The position numbers and the translations under genes were made by a program. Below are positions 10,948 through 19,779 of a DNA stretch of 64,000 nucleotides, piece by piece. The stretch covers positions 273,643 through 337,642 of the forward strand of contig CAZBMZ010000001.1 in assembly GCA_964492845.1 (NCBI GenBank). The letters run 5' to 3'. Source of the stretch: an uncultured Clostridia bacterium (GTDB lineage Bacteria > Acidobacteriota > Blastocatellia > Chloracidobacteriales > JADJPF01). Numbering within the stretch: the first letter of the stretch is position 1; every line of letters starts with the position of its first letter. The notes beneath the pieces are model-generated. The model saw only the letters and a program-made list of their open reading frames with translations, was not told the DNA's origin and did not search any database.

Positions 10948-11312
10948 CTCTCTTTAGCAAGCGCAGTCTCGGCATCTTTAGAGCCGAGTTAAGCTTGCAA
11001 TCACCTGAAAAGGCGATAAAAAATGGGGAAAATAAGAAAAAAAGATAGACAAAATAAAGTACATATGATAAAAAGCAACCATGGTAATTGTGAAGTTACT
11101 ATCAACACCCGCAGGTACGCGGGAGTGTGCGCGTAGAGGGTTGTAAGACCTATAAACTCAATGAGTTGGAGGCTGCCCGTAATTCTGATAGCCTAACGGC
11201 AAAATACTTACTTATCAGAGACAAGCGCGAACCGCTAAGGTGTTTTACAAAACCTGTCGTGAGACATCGTAACCGACCCGGAAGCTCGGCTGTTTACAGC
11301 CGAGAGGTTCAC
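10948..11312 (+). mobile_element. Non-autonomous IS200/IS605-family element (internally deleted tnpB derivative)
   Basis: Left hairpin CTCGGC-ATCTTTAGA-GCCGAG (10968-10988), right hairpin CTCGGCTGT-TT-ACAGCCGAG (11285-11304), right end TTCAC, upstream TTGAA, tnpB-3'-like CCCGCAGGTACGCGGGAG. Confidence 0.8.
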
Positions 11313-11330
11313 AAAGCCTAGTGATTGTAG
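11105..11330 (+). ncRNA. Putative TnpB omega/reRNA scaffold plus flank-derived guide (boundaries approximate)
   Basis: Lies between the tnpB-3'-like segment and right end TCAC, the position where IS605 reRNAs are encoded. Confidence 0.45.
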
Positions 11331-11343
11331 CTAGGCTTTTTTT
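11313..11343 (+). terminator. Intrinsic terminator of paralog 2, displaced by the IS insertion
   Basis: AAAGCCTAG-N9-CTAGGCTTT plus T-run. Confidence 0.75.
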
Positions 11344-11391
11344 GTTATGTTTTTAAATACTTAAGCTTCTTAAAAAAACAGATTAAAATGA

Positions 11392-11424
11392 AAAAATTCA
11401 GCAAAAATTCAGCAAAAATTCAGC
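11392..11424 (+). repeat. 3 x 11-bp tandem repeat AAAAATTCAGC
   Basis: Direct reading; lies immediately upstream of motif copy 3. Confidence 0.85.
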
Positions 11425-11433
11425 AAAAAATTA

Positions 11434-11460
11434 GATAGAAAATTCTTTTAATTGTCGCCA
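11434..11460 (+). promoter_or_regulatory. Shared upstream motif copy 3 (GATAG-N16-TCGC)
   Basis: GATAGAAAATTCTTTTAATTGTCGCCA, just upstream of AAGGAGG SD and ATG 11485. Confidence 0.5.
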
Positions 11461-11484
11461 CTTATTTATGTAAGGAGGCACTCT

Positions 11485-14400
11485 ATGAACACTATTATTT
11501 CAACCTACAAAGCAAAACAAGATCTAAATGAAAGTACTATGAATATAAACTCAGCGGAAAAAGTCAAAGAAATATTTGGACAAGCTTTAGAAATAGCTAA
11601 AGAAAATAGAAATGAGTTTTTAGCTACAGCTTGTTACCAAAATCAGGATTTATATAAAGAAGTTTTTTCTTTGCTTGTTGCACATGAGGAAGCAGAATCA
11701 TTTTTAGAAAAACCTGCTGCTAACTTTGCTGCTAAATTGGTTAAACATGAAAAAGAGAATTTAGCTAGTAACAGTAAAGAAGCTTTTTTAGAACAACTTA
11801 CAGGACGTGTTATTGATGGAAAGTATTTAATAGAAAAACAACTGGGCCAAGGTGGAATGGGAGCAGTTTATCAAGCTATACATCTTGGTACTAAACGACC
11901 TGTAGCATTAAAAGTAATTGCCCCTCAATTTATGGCACACACTGAGTTTGTAGAACGCTTTAAACGAGAAGCTGAAGCTGCTGGACGGCTTTCTCATCCT
12001 AATGTTGTTAATGTTACTGATTTTGGTATTGCTGCCTTTGGTTCGGCTCAAATTGCTTATTTAGTAATGGAATATCTAAAAGGTTTGACTTTAGGAGCTT
12101 TACTAAAGAAAAAAGGAAAGCTACCTATTAGTTTTACGATTGATATTTTAGAACAAGTTTGTTTAGCTATTGAGGAAGCACATAGCCAAGGCATTATCCA
12201 TCGTGACCTAAAGCCGGACAACATTTGGCTAGAGCCTGATGGTAGAGGTAGTTATCACGTCAAAGTGCTAGATTTTGGCCTTGCTAAACTACATTCCACA
12301 CAACCTACAACAAATCTACCCGCTTCTATAAGTAATCTGCTTCCTACAGTAGACCCAAATAAAATTTCTTTATCCTTTGATTATCAAAAGATTAAAACTA
12401 ACAAACAGCAACCGTCTGATAATGAAAGTGCAACTGTTTTTTATGATGAAAAAGATACTAAAATTATGGAGCCATCACAAACAGCAGGTAATTTAGATCC
12501 TCAGTCCGTTCCAGAATGGTTAACTCGTGTTGGGATGGTTTTAGGAACGCCTCTTTATATGTCTCCAGAACAATGTAGCGGTCAACCATTGGAAAAAAGT
12601 TCAGATATTTATAGTTTGGGTGTAATTGCCTATGAAATGCTAACAGGGGAAGCACCTTTTACAGGTAGTATGCAAGAATTAATTCAAAAACATATAGAAA
12701 TAGCTCCAATACCTTTACAAAAGAAAAGAAAAAATATTCCTTCTGCAATAGCTGATTTAATAATGACAGCTTTAGCTAAAAAGCCACAAGAGCGCGTTAT
12801 TAGTGCTAAAGCTTTTGCTACAGCACTTCGCGCTAACTCTGAAGGGGAAATCCCTTTAATACACCAAGCTTTTGGTATTTACTGGAAAGAATTTTTTCCA
12901 ATAGCAAGAATTTCTATTGTAATAAACTTTATTTTTATCTTGTTTAGTAGTCTACTTACAGCAAGTTTAATTCAACTAAATTTTACTTTTCCACTTGAGG
13001 GTGTTTTTCAATTAATTTGGTGGGTTTTTCCTTTACTTGGTATTTTGTTAACAGGCGAAGTAAGCAAAGGAGCATTTACTTTAGCTGTTAAACAATTTCA
13101 AGAAACAGGTGCTATTTCTTCAACTAAAGTAATTTCAGGTTTAAATAAACCTCTAAGCCAAATACTTATTACTGCACTACAAAATTACTTACTAGCAATT
13201 TCGCAAATTTGGAAATTCGTTTTTCCAGCTTATCGCTCTTTAGTTTATTCTTCATTTTCTAGCCCAAGTTTAGTATTGGAAAATAAACCGCCTTATCAAG
13301 TCAGACAATCTTCTAAAGAATTAGTAACGAAATTCTATTCTCTAGCTTCTAGCTTAAAATTAAGATTTTTAATTACTAAGGTTATTAGTTTTTTACTTTT
13401 CTTAGTTAGTTTTATGGTTTGTTATGTTAGTTTGGGACAATCAGAACAGTATTCTGTAACTATTTCTTTGATAGCAACAATATTATTGCCAGGGCTATTT
13501 ATGATTATAGTTAACCCATTAGTTGATATGGCAACAGCATTGCTTTATTTCAAAGCTAGGGAAGCTAATGGAGAAATTGTCTATCAACAAAAAGGTTTAG
13601 AAGAAATAGAAGTTTCTGAGAAATTAAAATTTTCCCGCCGTCGCAAAGTTTTAATTGCAACATCTTTAGTTTTCTCAATTGTGTTTTCTAGCTTTTCTTA
13701 TGTTCTGATTATTCCTCCATTTGGCAAACCTTTGGCTGCTGAACGTCCAGTTATTGAAAAACTATCAAATGAAGAAAATGCTTGGTTTGAATATGATTTA
13801 GCTCTACAAGATATGTTAGAGTTTCCTATAGGCTTTAATTACAGCAATAACAAACCTTCGCAAGAATTTGTTAGAGAAATGATAAGTCAACAAATAAAAA
13901 ACCCTGGTTTTTCTAATTTAGAAAAAGTGGCTTTGAGAGAAGAAGATTTTAATGAGCAACAACTGTCTTACTTGGATAGCCATAAGGAGGCTATAAAGCA
14001 TTTACTTAAAGGTGCAAAACGTCCTAAAGCTCAGTTTTATAATGAATTACCGGCTACAGCAACATCTTTAACCCCTAGCTTACTACAAATACGTGCTTTA
14101 ACTATTTTAGCTGCTGCAGAAGTTCGCCGTTTACTAGATCAAGGAAAAACACAAGAAGCTGTAGAACTAGCTCTAGCCAATTATAAAATGGTTACAGATA
14201 TTGGAGCCGAAGCTAACACAACTTTAATTTCTAGCTTGATTTCTATTGTATGTCGTGCAATTGCAGCAAAATCATTACTTGCAGTAATTTATTTAGGCAC
14301 TACAACAGCAGAAATGGACAAGGAAATTGCTAGACGTGTAGATGAGCAAGATCGTCGTATGCCTAATGCTTATCAAACTCTTGTTTGGGAAACTCAAGCT

Positions 14401-15051
14401 ATGGATATTTCTATGGAAGAGGTCTTAATAAAACGTAAGTATTCTTCCCTTAATCAAGAGTTCTTCATTTATACTTCTTCTAGCAAAGTTCCATGGGCAA
14501 GAGCTTTTCCAGGCTTATGTATTAGAACTTATAATAGTTTGCGTACAATTAACCAACAGTATTTGCAAAAAGTTAGCAGTGGTTTAGAAAATTGGGATTT
14601 TGCTTCTACACAAGAAGTTTATCAGGAGTTGCTTAATAGAGAGTTAAAGGATATCTTAGGTTTATCTCCTAGCGATACTATTGCTCGTAGTATGTTTTAT
14701 ATTTCTGTACCAAACATGTTATCTACAATGAAAAGTTTATATGTAGGTAATTCATTTGGTAAAGGAGTTACAATTTTTGCTGCTGCTTCAGCTTATAAAA
14801 AAGAACATGGAAAATTTCCTGATACTTTGGATTTAGCCATTAATGGTTTAGGTCTTAATCCTCAAATTGATGTAGCCACTGACAAAAAAGTAGGTTATCG
14901 CTTAGAAGATGATAAGCCTGTTATTTGGTTTGCTGGTGTTGATGGTCAAGATAATAATGGAAAAATAGCTTATCCAGCAAATGAACGAGATAAGCCTACT
15001 TTTGGTAAAGACTTAGTTTATAGATATGGAAAATATCCTCTTATAGATTAA
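11485..15051 (+). CDS. Membrane receptor Ser/Thr kinase (ECF-associated type) with multi-TM region and extracytoplasmic domain
   Basis: N-terminal VKEIFGQAL...FL..AC....L..EV.SLL.AH extension typical of kinases paired with TIGR02999 sigmas; GQGGMG, VALK, HRDLKPDN, DFG, GTPLYMSPE; start moved to ATG after AAGGAGG. Confidence 0.93.
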   Translation: MNTIISTYKAKQDLNESTMNINSAEKVKEIFGQALEIAKENRNEFLATACYQNQDLYKEVFSLLVAHEEAESFLEKPAANFAAKLVKHEKENLASNSKEAFLEQLTGRVIDGKYLIEKQLGQGGMGAVYQAIHLGTKRPVALKVIAPQFMAHTEFVERFKREAEAAGRLSHPNVVNVTDFGIAAFGSAQIAYLVMEYLKGLTLGALLKKKGKLPISFTIDILEQVCLAIEEAHSQGIIHRDLKPDNIWLEPDGRGSYHVKVLDFGLAKLHSTQPTTNLPASISNLLPTVDPNKISLSFDYQKIKTNKQQPSDNESATVFYDEKDTKIMEPSQTAGNLDPQSVPEWLTRVGMVLGTPLYMSPEQCSGQPLEKSSDIYSLGVIAYEMLTGEAPFTGSMQELIQKHIEIAPIPLQKKRKNIPSAIADLIMTALAKKPQERVISAKAFATALRANSEGEIPLIHQAFGIYWKEFFPIARISIVINFIFILFSSLLTASLIQLNFTFPLEGVFQLIWWVFPLLGILLTGEVSKGAFTLAVKQFQETGAISSTKVISGLNKPLSQILITALQNYLLAISQIWKFVFPAYRSLVYSSFSSPSLVLENKPPYQVRQSSKELVTKFYSLASSLKLRFLITKVISFLLFLVSFMVCYVSLGQSEQYSVTISLIATILLPGLFMIIVNPLVDMATALLYFKAREANGEIVYQQKGLEEIEVSEKLKFSRRRKVLIATSLVFSIVFSSFSYVLIIPPFGKPLAAERPVIEKLSNEENAWFEYDLALQDMLEFPIGFNYSNNKPSQEFVREMISQQIKNPGFSNLEKVALREEDFNEQQLSYLDSHKEAIKHLLKGAKRPKAQFYNELPATATSLTPSLLQIRALTILAAAEVRRLLDQGKTQEAVELALANYKMVTDIGAEANTTLISSLISIVCRAIAAKSLLAVIYLGTTTAEMDKEIARRVDEQDRRMPNAYQTLVWETQAMDISMEEVLIKRKYSSLNQEFFIYTSSSKVPWARAFPGLCIRTYNSLRTINQQYLQKVSSGLENWDFASTQEVYQELLNRELKDILGLSPSDTIARSMFYISVPNMLSTMKSLYVGNSFGKGVTIFAAASAYKKEHGKFPDTLDLAINGLGLNPQIDVATDKKVGYRLEDDKPVIWFAGVDGQDNNGKIAYPANERDKPTFGKDLVYRYGKYPLID

Positions 15052-15081
15052 TCATTCTCTCATTCCTAATCCTACTTGTAT

Positions 15082-15110
15082 TAGCCTAGTTAGAAATTTT
15101 AACTAGGCTA
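15082..15110. terminator. Hairpin between convergent kinase and ECF genes
   Basis: TAGCCTAGTTA/TAACTAGGCTA. Confidence 0.65.
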
Positions 15111-15677
15111 TTTTATACTTTTTAACTCTCTATAAAGCCTAGCCTTAGCCATACTCCATTCCCGATTAGCGGTTGCAGGAGAAATTTCTAACACTTCAGC
15201 AGTTTCTTCAATAGAAAGCCCTCCAAAAAAACGTAGCTCTACTATTTGGCTTTGTATTGGATCTACCACAGCAAGTTTAGTTAATGCGTCATCTAAAGCA
15301 ATTAAATCTATATCAGGTGGAGCTTCTGATAAACCTATAACAGTTTCTAAAGGAACTTTTTGGTCACTGCCACCACGTTTAAGACGGGTGCGTCCCCTAG
15401 CATGATCAATTAAAATACGCCGCATTATTTGTGCCGCAGCACCAAAAAAGTGAGAACGATTTTTCCAGTCTACTTGAGATTGATCTATAAGCCTAATATA
15501 AACCTCATGCACAAGTGCTGTAGCCTGTAATGTATGGTTAAGTCGTTCCATTCTCATATAGTAATTAGCCAATTGATGTAATTCGTCATAAACAATAGCC
15601 ATTAATTGTGCTAAGGCTTCTTTGTCTCCACCACTACAATTTAATAACAATTGAGTTACATTACTTGATGAATGCAT
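15108..15677 (-). CDS. ECF sigma factor, TIGR02999/ECF43-like (kinase-activated type)
   Basis: VTQLL..GD.EAL, HTLQATALVHEVY, HFFGAAAQIMRRILIDHAR, KRGG, VELRFFGGLS.EETA. Confidence 0.92.
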   Translation of the reverse strand: MHSSSNVTQLLLNCSGGDKEALAQLMAIVYDELHQLANYYMRMERLNHTLQATALVHEVYIRLIDQSQVDWKNRSHFFGAAAQIMRRILIDHARGRTRLKRGGSDQKVPLETVIGLSEAPPDIDLIALDDALTKLAVVDPIQSQIVELRFFGGLSIEETAEVLEISPATANREWSMAKARLYRELKSIK

Positions 15678-15792
15678 GGTTTAATCCTTTCCTAATTGGC
15701 TAATTTTATATTATTTGCTAATTTTATAGTCACTGCTTTAATCTACCTAAATATTTTTATGATTATTTGTTAGCTGGGAACTAATATAGTTT

Positions 15793-16641
15793 ATGAATTT
15801 TGATGCTTTACTACCAACAGGAACTATTTTGGCTAATCGTTATGAAATTTGCAATCCTTTAGGTGAAGGGGGAATGGGCATAGTCTATTTAGCAAAAGAT
15901 ACAAGGCTTAATGACTTTAGAGCTATTAAACAAATGGCTGCTGAATATTTAAGCATTGAAGAATATACAAAAGCTGTTAGCGATTTTCGTCGAGAAGCAG
16001 AACTACTTTCTAAAATAAAACATCCTTCTATTCCAAGGTTTTATGATTATTTTGTTGCTGATGGTTATTATTATTTAGTAATGGAATATATTACGGGTAT
16101 AACCTTACTGGATTTACTAGAGCAAATTCAAAAACCTATTTCTGAAAAACGTGCTACTAAATGGGGAATCAAACTTTGTGAAGTATTAAGCTATATTCAT
16201 AATTATGAACCACCGATAATTTACCGAGATATGAAACCAGCTAACGTAATGTATAATAAAGAGTTAAACCAACTATACATTATTGATTTTGGTACAGCTA
16301 GATTTGTAGCCGCGCTACAAATGGTAGATGTTACTGCGGTTGGGACGTTGGGTTATGCTCCACCAGAACTTTTTCACGGTATTGTAAGACCTGAAACAGA
16401 TATTTATTCCCTAGGTGCTACACTAATTCATTTATTAGTAGGTAGATGTCCAAACTTTAGCCTTAATTATGGGTTTAACTTTGCTCAAAACCCAAGCCCC
16501 AACCAACTTAACCCAAGTATTTCTCCACAAATGGATGAAATTCTAGTAAAAGCAGTTTCTATGCGTCCTAGCGATCGCTATTCTTCAGCAGAAGAGCTAA
16601 AACAAGCTTTAATTAATCATTTAGCTACTATTTTAAGCTAA
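15793..16641 (+). CDS. Ser/Thr protein kinase, catalytic domain only
   Basis: GEGGMG, AIK, YRDMKPAN, DFG, GTLGYAPPE. Confidence 0.9.
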   Translation: MNFDALLPTGTILANRYEICNPLGEGGMGIVYLAKDTRLNDFRAIKQMAAEYLSIEEYTKAVSDFRREAELLSKIKHPSIPRFYDYFVADGYYYLVMEYITGITLLDLLEQIQKPISEKRATKWGIKLCEVLSYIHNYEPPIIYRDMKPANVMYNKELNQLYIIDFGTARFVAALQMVDVTAVGTLGYAPPELFHGIVRPETDIYSLGATLIHLLVGRCPNFSLNYGFNFAQNPSPNQLNPSISPQMDEILVKAVSMRPSDRYSSAEELKQALINHLATILS

Positions 16642-16642
16642 A

Positions 16643-17635
16643 TTAATTATTTGCTTTTTGAGCAGACTTAAAACTTGAACCACTGACCCCAGGTTGATCA
16701 AACTGCTCCATAAATTCTGGTAATGTAGGTTCTTTCTGCATCTCTATTCCTTTAGTAATTGCCCAACGATGCAACCAAGAAACCCCAACTTTACCAGTAT
16801 ATTTATCAGGTAAATTGTAAGCTTTATCTTTTAATGCTTCTTCTAAGGAAATAAATTGATAATTTCTACCCTTTAACATTTCTATTAATTTATCTAAATG
16901 CTCAGCATTTAATGAATTAGCATGTAAAAGTAGAATTTGAGGCACTTCATACCCAACTACATCTAAGGAAAGTTTCTCATAAAATGCAAACATTTTTTCC
17001 ATATAAGGAATATATTCTGCTACTACACGATCAGCAGTTTTTTGATCATTTTGTGCTTTGGCTTTGCGATAAACACTAGCAAACAACCATTCAGAATTAT
17101 CAATTGTTACAGGAGCAACAACATAGTTTTGATTTAAGAGAAATTTTTCAAAAGCTGTTTTAGTTTCTAAATCTGGGCCAGTATTTAGAAAAGGATGACG
17201 AAAATATTTTACTTTTCTATTTTTAGCCAAAGTATTAGTAATTTTTTCACCTTGTAAAACATTTTCTTGAAAATCTGTTAACGAAGTACGGTAAAAATAG
17301 GGATGTGAATAGGTATGATTACCAAGTTCAAGACCAGCATCTATCCATAACTGCAAAATAGCAGTACGTTCTTTTAATTCATCATTTTGATAAAGCTTAC
17401 TTTCATTAACAAATCCAATAATAGGAATTTTATTTTCACTAATTTGATTTATCAATTTGCGAGTCATTTCTTTTAGTGGTTTAATAGCTTCCTGTTGGCC
17501 TTGTTGAGGTAAATCATCAAAAGTAATAGACACCTGTCTTTTGATAGGTTTTGTTGATGGGACTAAATTTGCTGTAGTAGAATTGACAAAAGTTATTGAT
17601 AGTAAAAACAGAAAAACGATTAATAATCTAAACAT
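16643..17635 (-). CDS. Exported polysaccharide deacetylase (CE4/NodB)
   Basis: TFDD, NHTYSH, FRHP, LLLH motifs; signal peptide. Confidence 0.88.
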   Translation of the reverse strand: MFRLLIVFLFLLSITFVNSTTANLVPSTKPIKRQVSITFDDLPQQGQQEAIKPLKEMTRKLINQISENKIPIIGFVNESKLYQNDELKERTAILQLWIDAGLELGNHTYSHPYFYRTSLTDFQENVLQGEKITNTLAKNRKVKYFRHPFLNTGPDLETKTAFEKFLLNQNYVVAPVTIDNSEWLFASVYRKAKAQNDQKTADRVVAEYIPYMEKMFAFYEKLSLDVVGYEVPQILLLHANSLNAEHLDKLIEMLKGRNYQFISLEEALKDKAYNLPDKYTGKVGVSWLHRWAITKGIEMQKEPTLPEFMEQFDQPGVSGSSFKSAQKANN

Positions 17636-17755
17636 CTAACACAACTTCCTTTTTGTTTATTTTTTAGGAGTGATGCGAACTTAGACTTTTAATCTAATTG
17701 GCTAGTTTAGATATAGGTGGGAAACCACAACTAGACCTGTTGGTAAGTACAAATT

Positions 17756-19051
17756 ATGAAATCTGTATTGGTAATTGCACATGACTTTCCCCCTTTTGGA
17801 GGCGGTGGAGTGCTTAGAGTTCTTAAATTTGCTAAATATTTACCAGAATTTGGTTGGAAACCAATAGTTTTATCTGTTGATCCTACGTATTATCCAGTAG
17901 GATTATTAGATTATTCCTTAATGCCAGAAATACCTGAGCAAGTAAAAATCTACCGTACTAAAACAGCTATCAGCGCGTATAAAGTTAAAGAAACCAATAA
18001 GAAAGAAAATGAAAAATTTAGCTGGCGAAATATTTTAGAAAACCTTATTCCAGAAGAGTTTAGAGTTATTCAAGATCATGGTTTTTTTTGGCTTCCATAT
18101 GCTTTAGCTAAAGCACAATCAATTATTCAAAAAGAAAATATCCAGCTAATTTTTACTACATCGCCTCCTCATAATGTCCATATTTTAGGTAGCATACTAA
18201 AAAAAAGATATGGTTTACCCTGGGTAGCTGATTTTCGAGATGGTTGGACAAGAAATGAAATGTATACAGCAAAATCCCAGTTAAGACAGCAAATTGATAA
18301 AGTATTTGAACGTTTTATTGTAAATATTGCAGATCAAATAATATGTGTTACTCCAGAACTAGCAGAAGATTTTTATCGAGATTATCCTAAGCTTAAGAAA
18401 AAGACTTCTATTATTTATAATGGCTTTGATCCAGCAGATTTTGAAAAATTAAATAAAATAGAAAAAGATAAAAATGTTTTTACACTATCTCATATTGGTT
18501 CTTTAGCTGCTAAACCTAATAGAAGCCCAGAAATAATCTTGCAAGCTGTAAGCTCAATAGCTAGTAACAATAATGAATTTAAGCAAAGACTTAGGCTTGA
18601 ATTTGTTGGGCCTATACTTAATCTACCTTTAGAAGAAATGATTAGAAAATATAACTTAGAATCTATTTGCTCAATTGTTGGGCTAGTGCCACATCTCAAA
18701 GCTTTAGAATATATGCAAAAGGCAGATGCTCTTTTGTTGTTAACCAACCACAAACAAAAATTTGGGGATAATGCGATTTTGGCAGGCAAATTTGGAGAAT
18801 ATTTATTTACAGGTAACGCAATTTTAGCAGTTGTTTCAGAGGGAATAGCTAAAGATATTATTGAGAAACACGAGTTAGGTCACGTAGTTTCACCAGATGA
18901 TTTAGAGAAGACAAAAGAAGTTTTATATAAACTTTTTTGCCAGTGGCAAAATAATTCTTTGCCAAATAATAAAGACAAAAATCTAACAACATTATTTGAC
19001 CGTAAATGCTCAACAGAAAAACTAGCAAGTATTTTTAATAGCTTATTTTAA
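17756..19051 (+). CDS. Glycosyltransferase family 4
   Basis: FPP.GGGGV.R..K..KYL, TSPP, DFRD.W, NGFD, K.GEY. Confidence 0.88.
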   Translation: MKSVLVIAHDFPPFGGGGVLRVLKFAKYLPEFGWKPIVLSVDPTYYPVGLLDYSLMPEIPEQVKIYRTKTAISAYKVKETNKKENEKFSWRNILENLIPEEFRVIQDHGFFWLPYALAKAQSIIQKENIQLIFTTSPPHNVHILGSILKKRYGLPWVADFRDGWTRNEMYTAKSQLRQQIDKVFERFIVNIADQIICVTPELAEDFYRDYPKLKKKTSIIYNGFDPADFEKLNKIEKDKNVFTLSHIGSLAAKPNRSPEIILQAVSSIASNNNEFKQRLRLEFVGPILNLPLEEMIRKYNLESICSIVGLVPHLKALEYMQKADALLLLTNHKQKFGDNAILAGKFGEYLFTGNAILAVVSEGIAKDIIEKHELGHVVSPDDLEKTKEVLYKLFCQWQNNSLPNNKDKNLTTLFDRKCSTEKLASIFNSLF

Positions 19052-19107
19052 AAACAAAAAGGTACTAGAAGTTTTAGTACCTTTGCTGAAAACTCTAAGA
19101 TTGATAT

Positions 19108-19779
19108 TTAGTTGTAATTAGGTGTAGGGCCAAAATTTGAACGCTTATCAAAAGTAACTTTTTTAATTGTAATTTTTTCTGCTGGGCGTTCTGTTCCTGA
19201 TTGAGTTGGAGAATTTGAAATTATCCCTACTACATTCATTCCTTCTATAACTCGACCATAAACCGTATATTGTCCATTCCATTCAGGTTTAGCTGATTCA
19301 CAAATAAAAAATTGACTTGTAGCACTATTAATATCATTTCCTCGACGTGCAGCCGAAAGAATACCTCGCACATGTGGACGGGCGTTAAATTCTGCTGGCA
19401 CTGTAGCCTGGCCTGGTTGACCCATTCCCCAACTTTCTGGCGGGCCACTTTTGCTATTTGGATCTCCACCTTGAATAATTACACCAGGAATAATACGGTG
19501 AAATGCTATTCCATCATAAAACCCCTCTTTAGATAATTTCTTAAAATTTTCTACATGTTTGGGTGCTTCATTAGGAAAAAACTCAAGCACTATTCTGCCT
19601 ACATCCGTTTCTAAAATTGCTACTTCATCATCAACTTTATCTGAAGGTGTAGCATTAGGATTAGGTGAAGTGTTGTTAGTGGGGGTAGTTGTTCTAGTGT
19701 CATTTTCACAAGCAAGCGCAAAGATTGATAAAAAGAGGAAGAGTAAAAATAATAATGTTTTCACTTGTACTTTAAGCAT
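19108..19779 (-). CDS. Cyclophilin-type peptidyl-prolyl isomerase, lipoprotein
   Basis: FALAC lipobox; FHRIIPG.IIQGGDP, SATSQFFI, YTVYGRV. Confidence 0.93.
   Translation of the reverse strand: MLKVQVKTLLFLLFLFLSIFALACENDTRTTTPTNNTSPNPNATPSDKVDDEVAILETDVGRIVLEFFPNEAPKHVENFKKLSKEGFYDGIAFHRIIPGVIIQGGDPNSKSGPPESWGMGQPGQATVPAEFNARPHVRGILSAARRGNDINSATSQFFICESAKPEWNGQYTVYGRVIEGMNVVGIISNSPTQSGTERPAEKITIKKVTFDKRSNFGPTPNYN

Noticed and set aside
10951-10960. Alternative IS left boundary TTTAG|CAAG
   Set aside because: TTGAA|10948 fits the CAGT guide pairing and restores a longer terminator stem, though unconfirmed without sister copies
11127-11321. 64-aa ORF inside the IS remnant
   Set aside because: Overlaps the RNA scaffold and right-end hairpin; no SD or recognisable domain
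7218-15051. Diversity-generating retroelement as the cause of paralog similarity
   Set aside because: No reverse transcriptase in the window, and differences are not adenine-specific template/variable-repeat pairs
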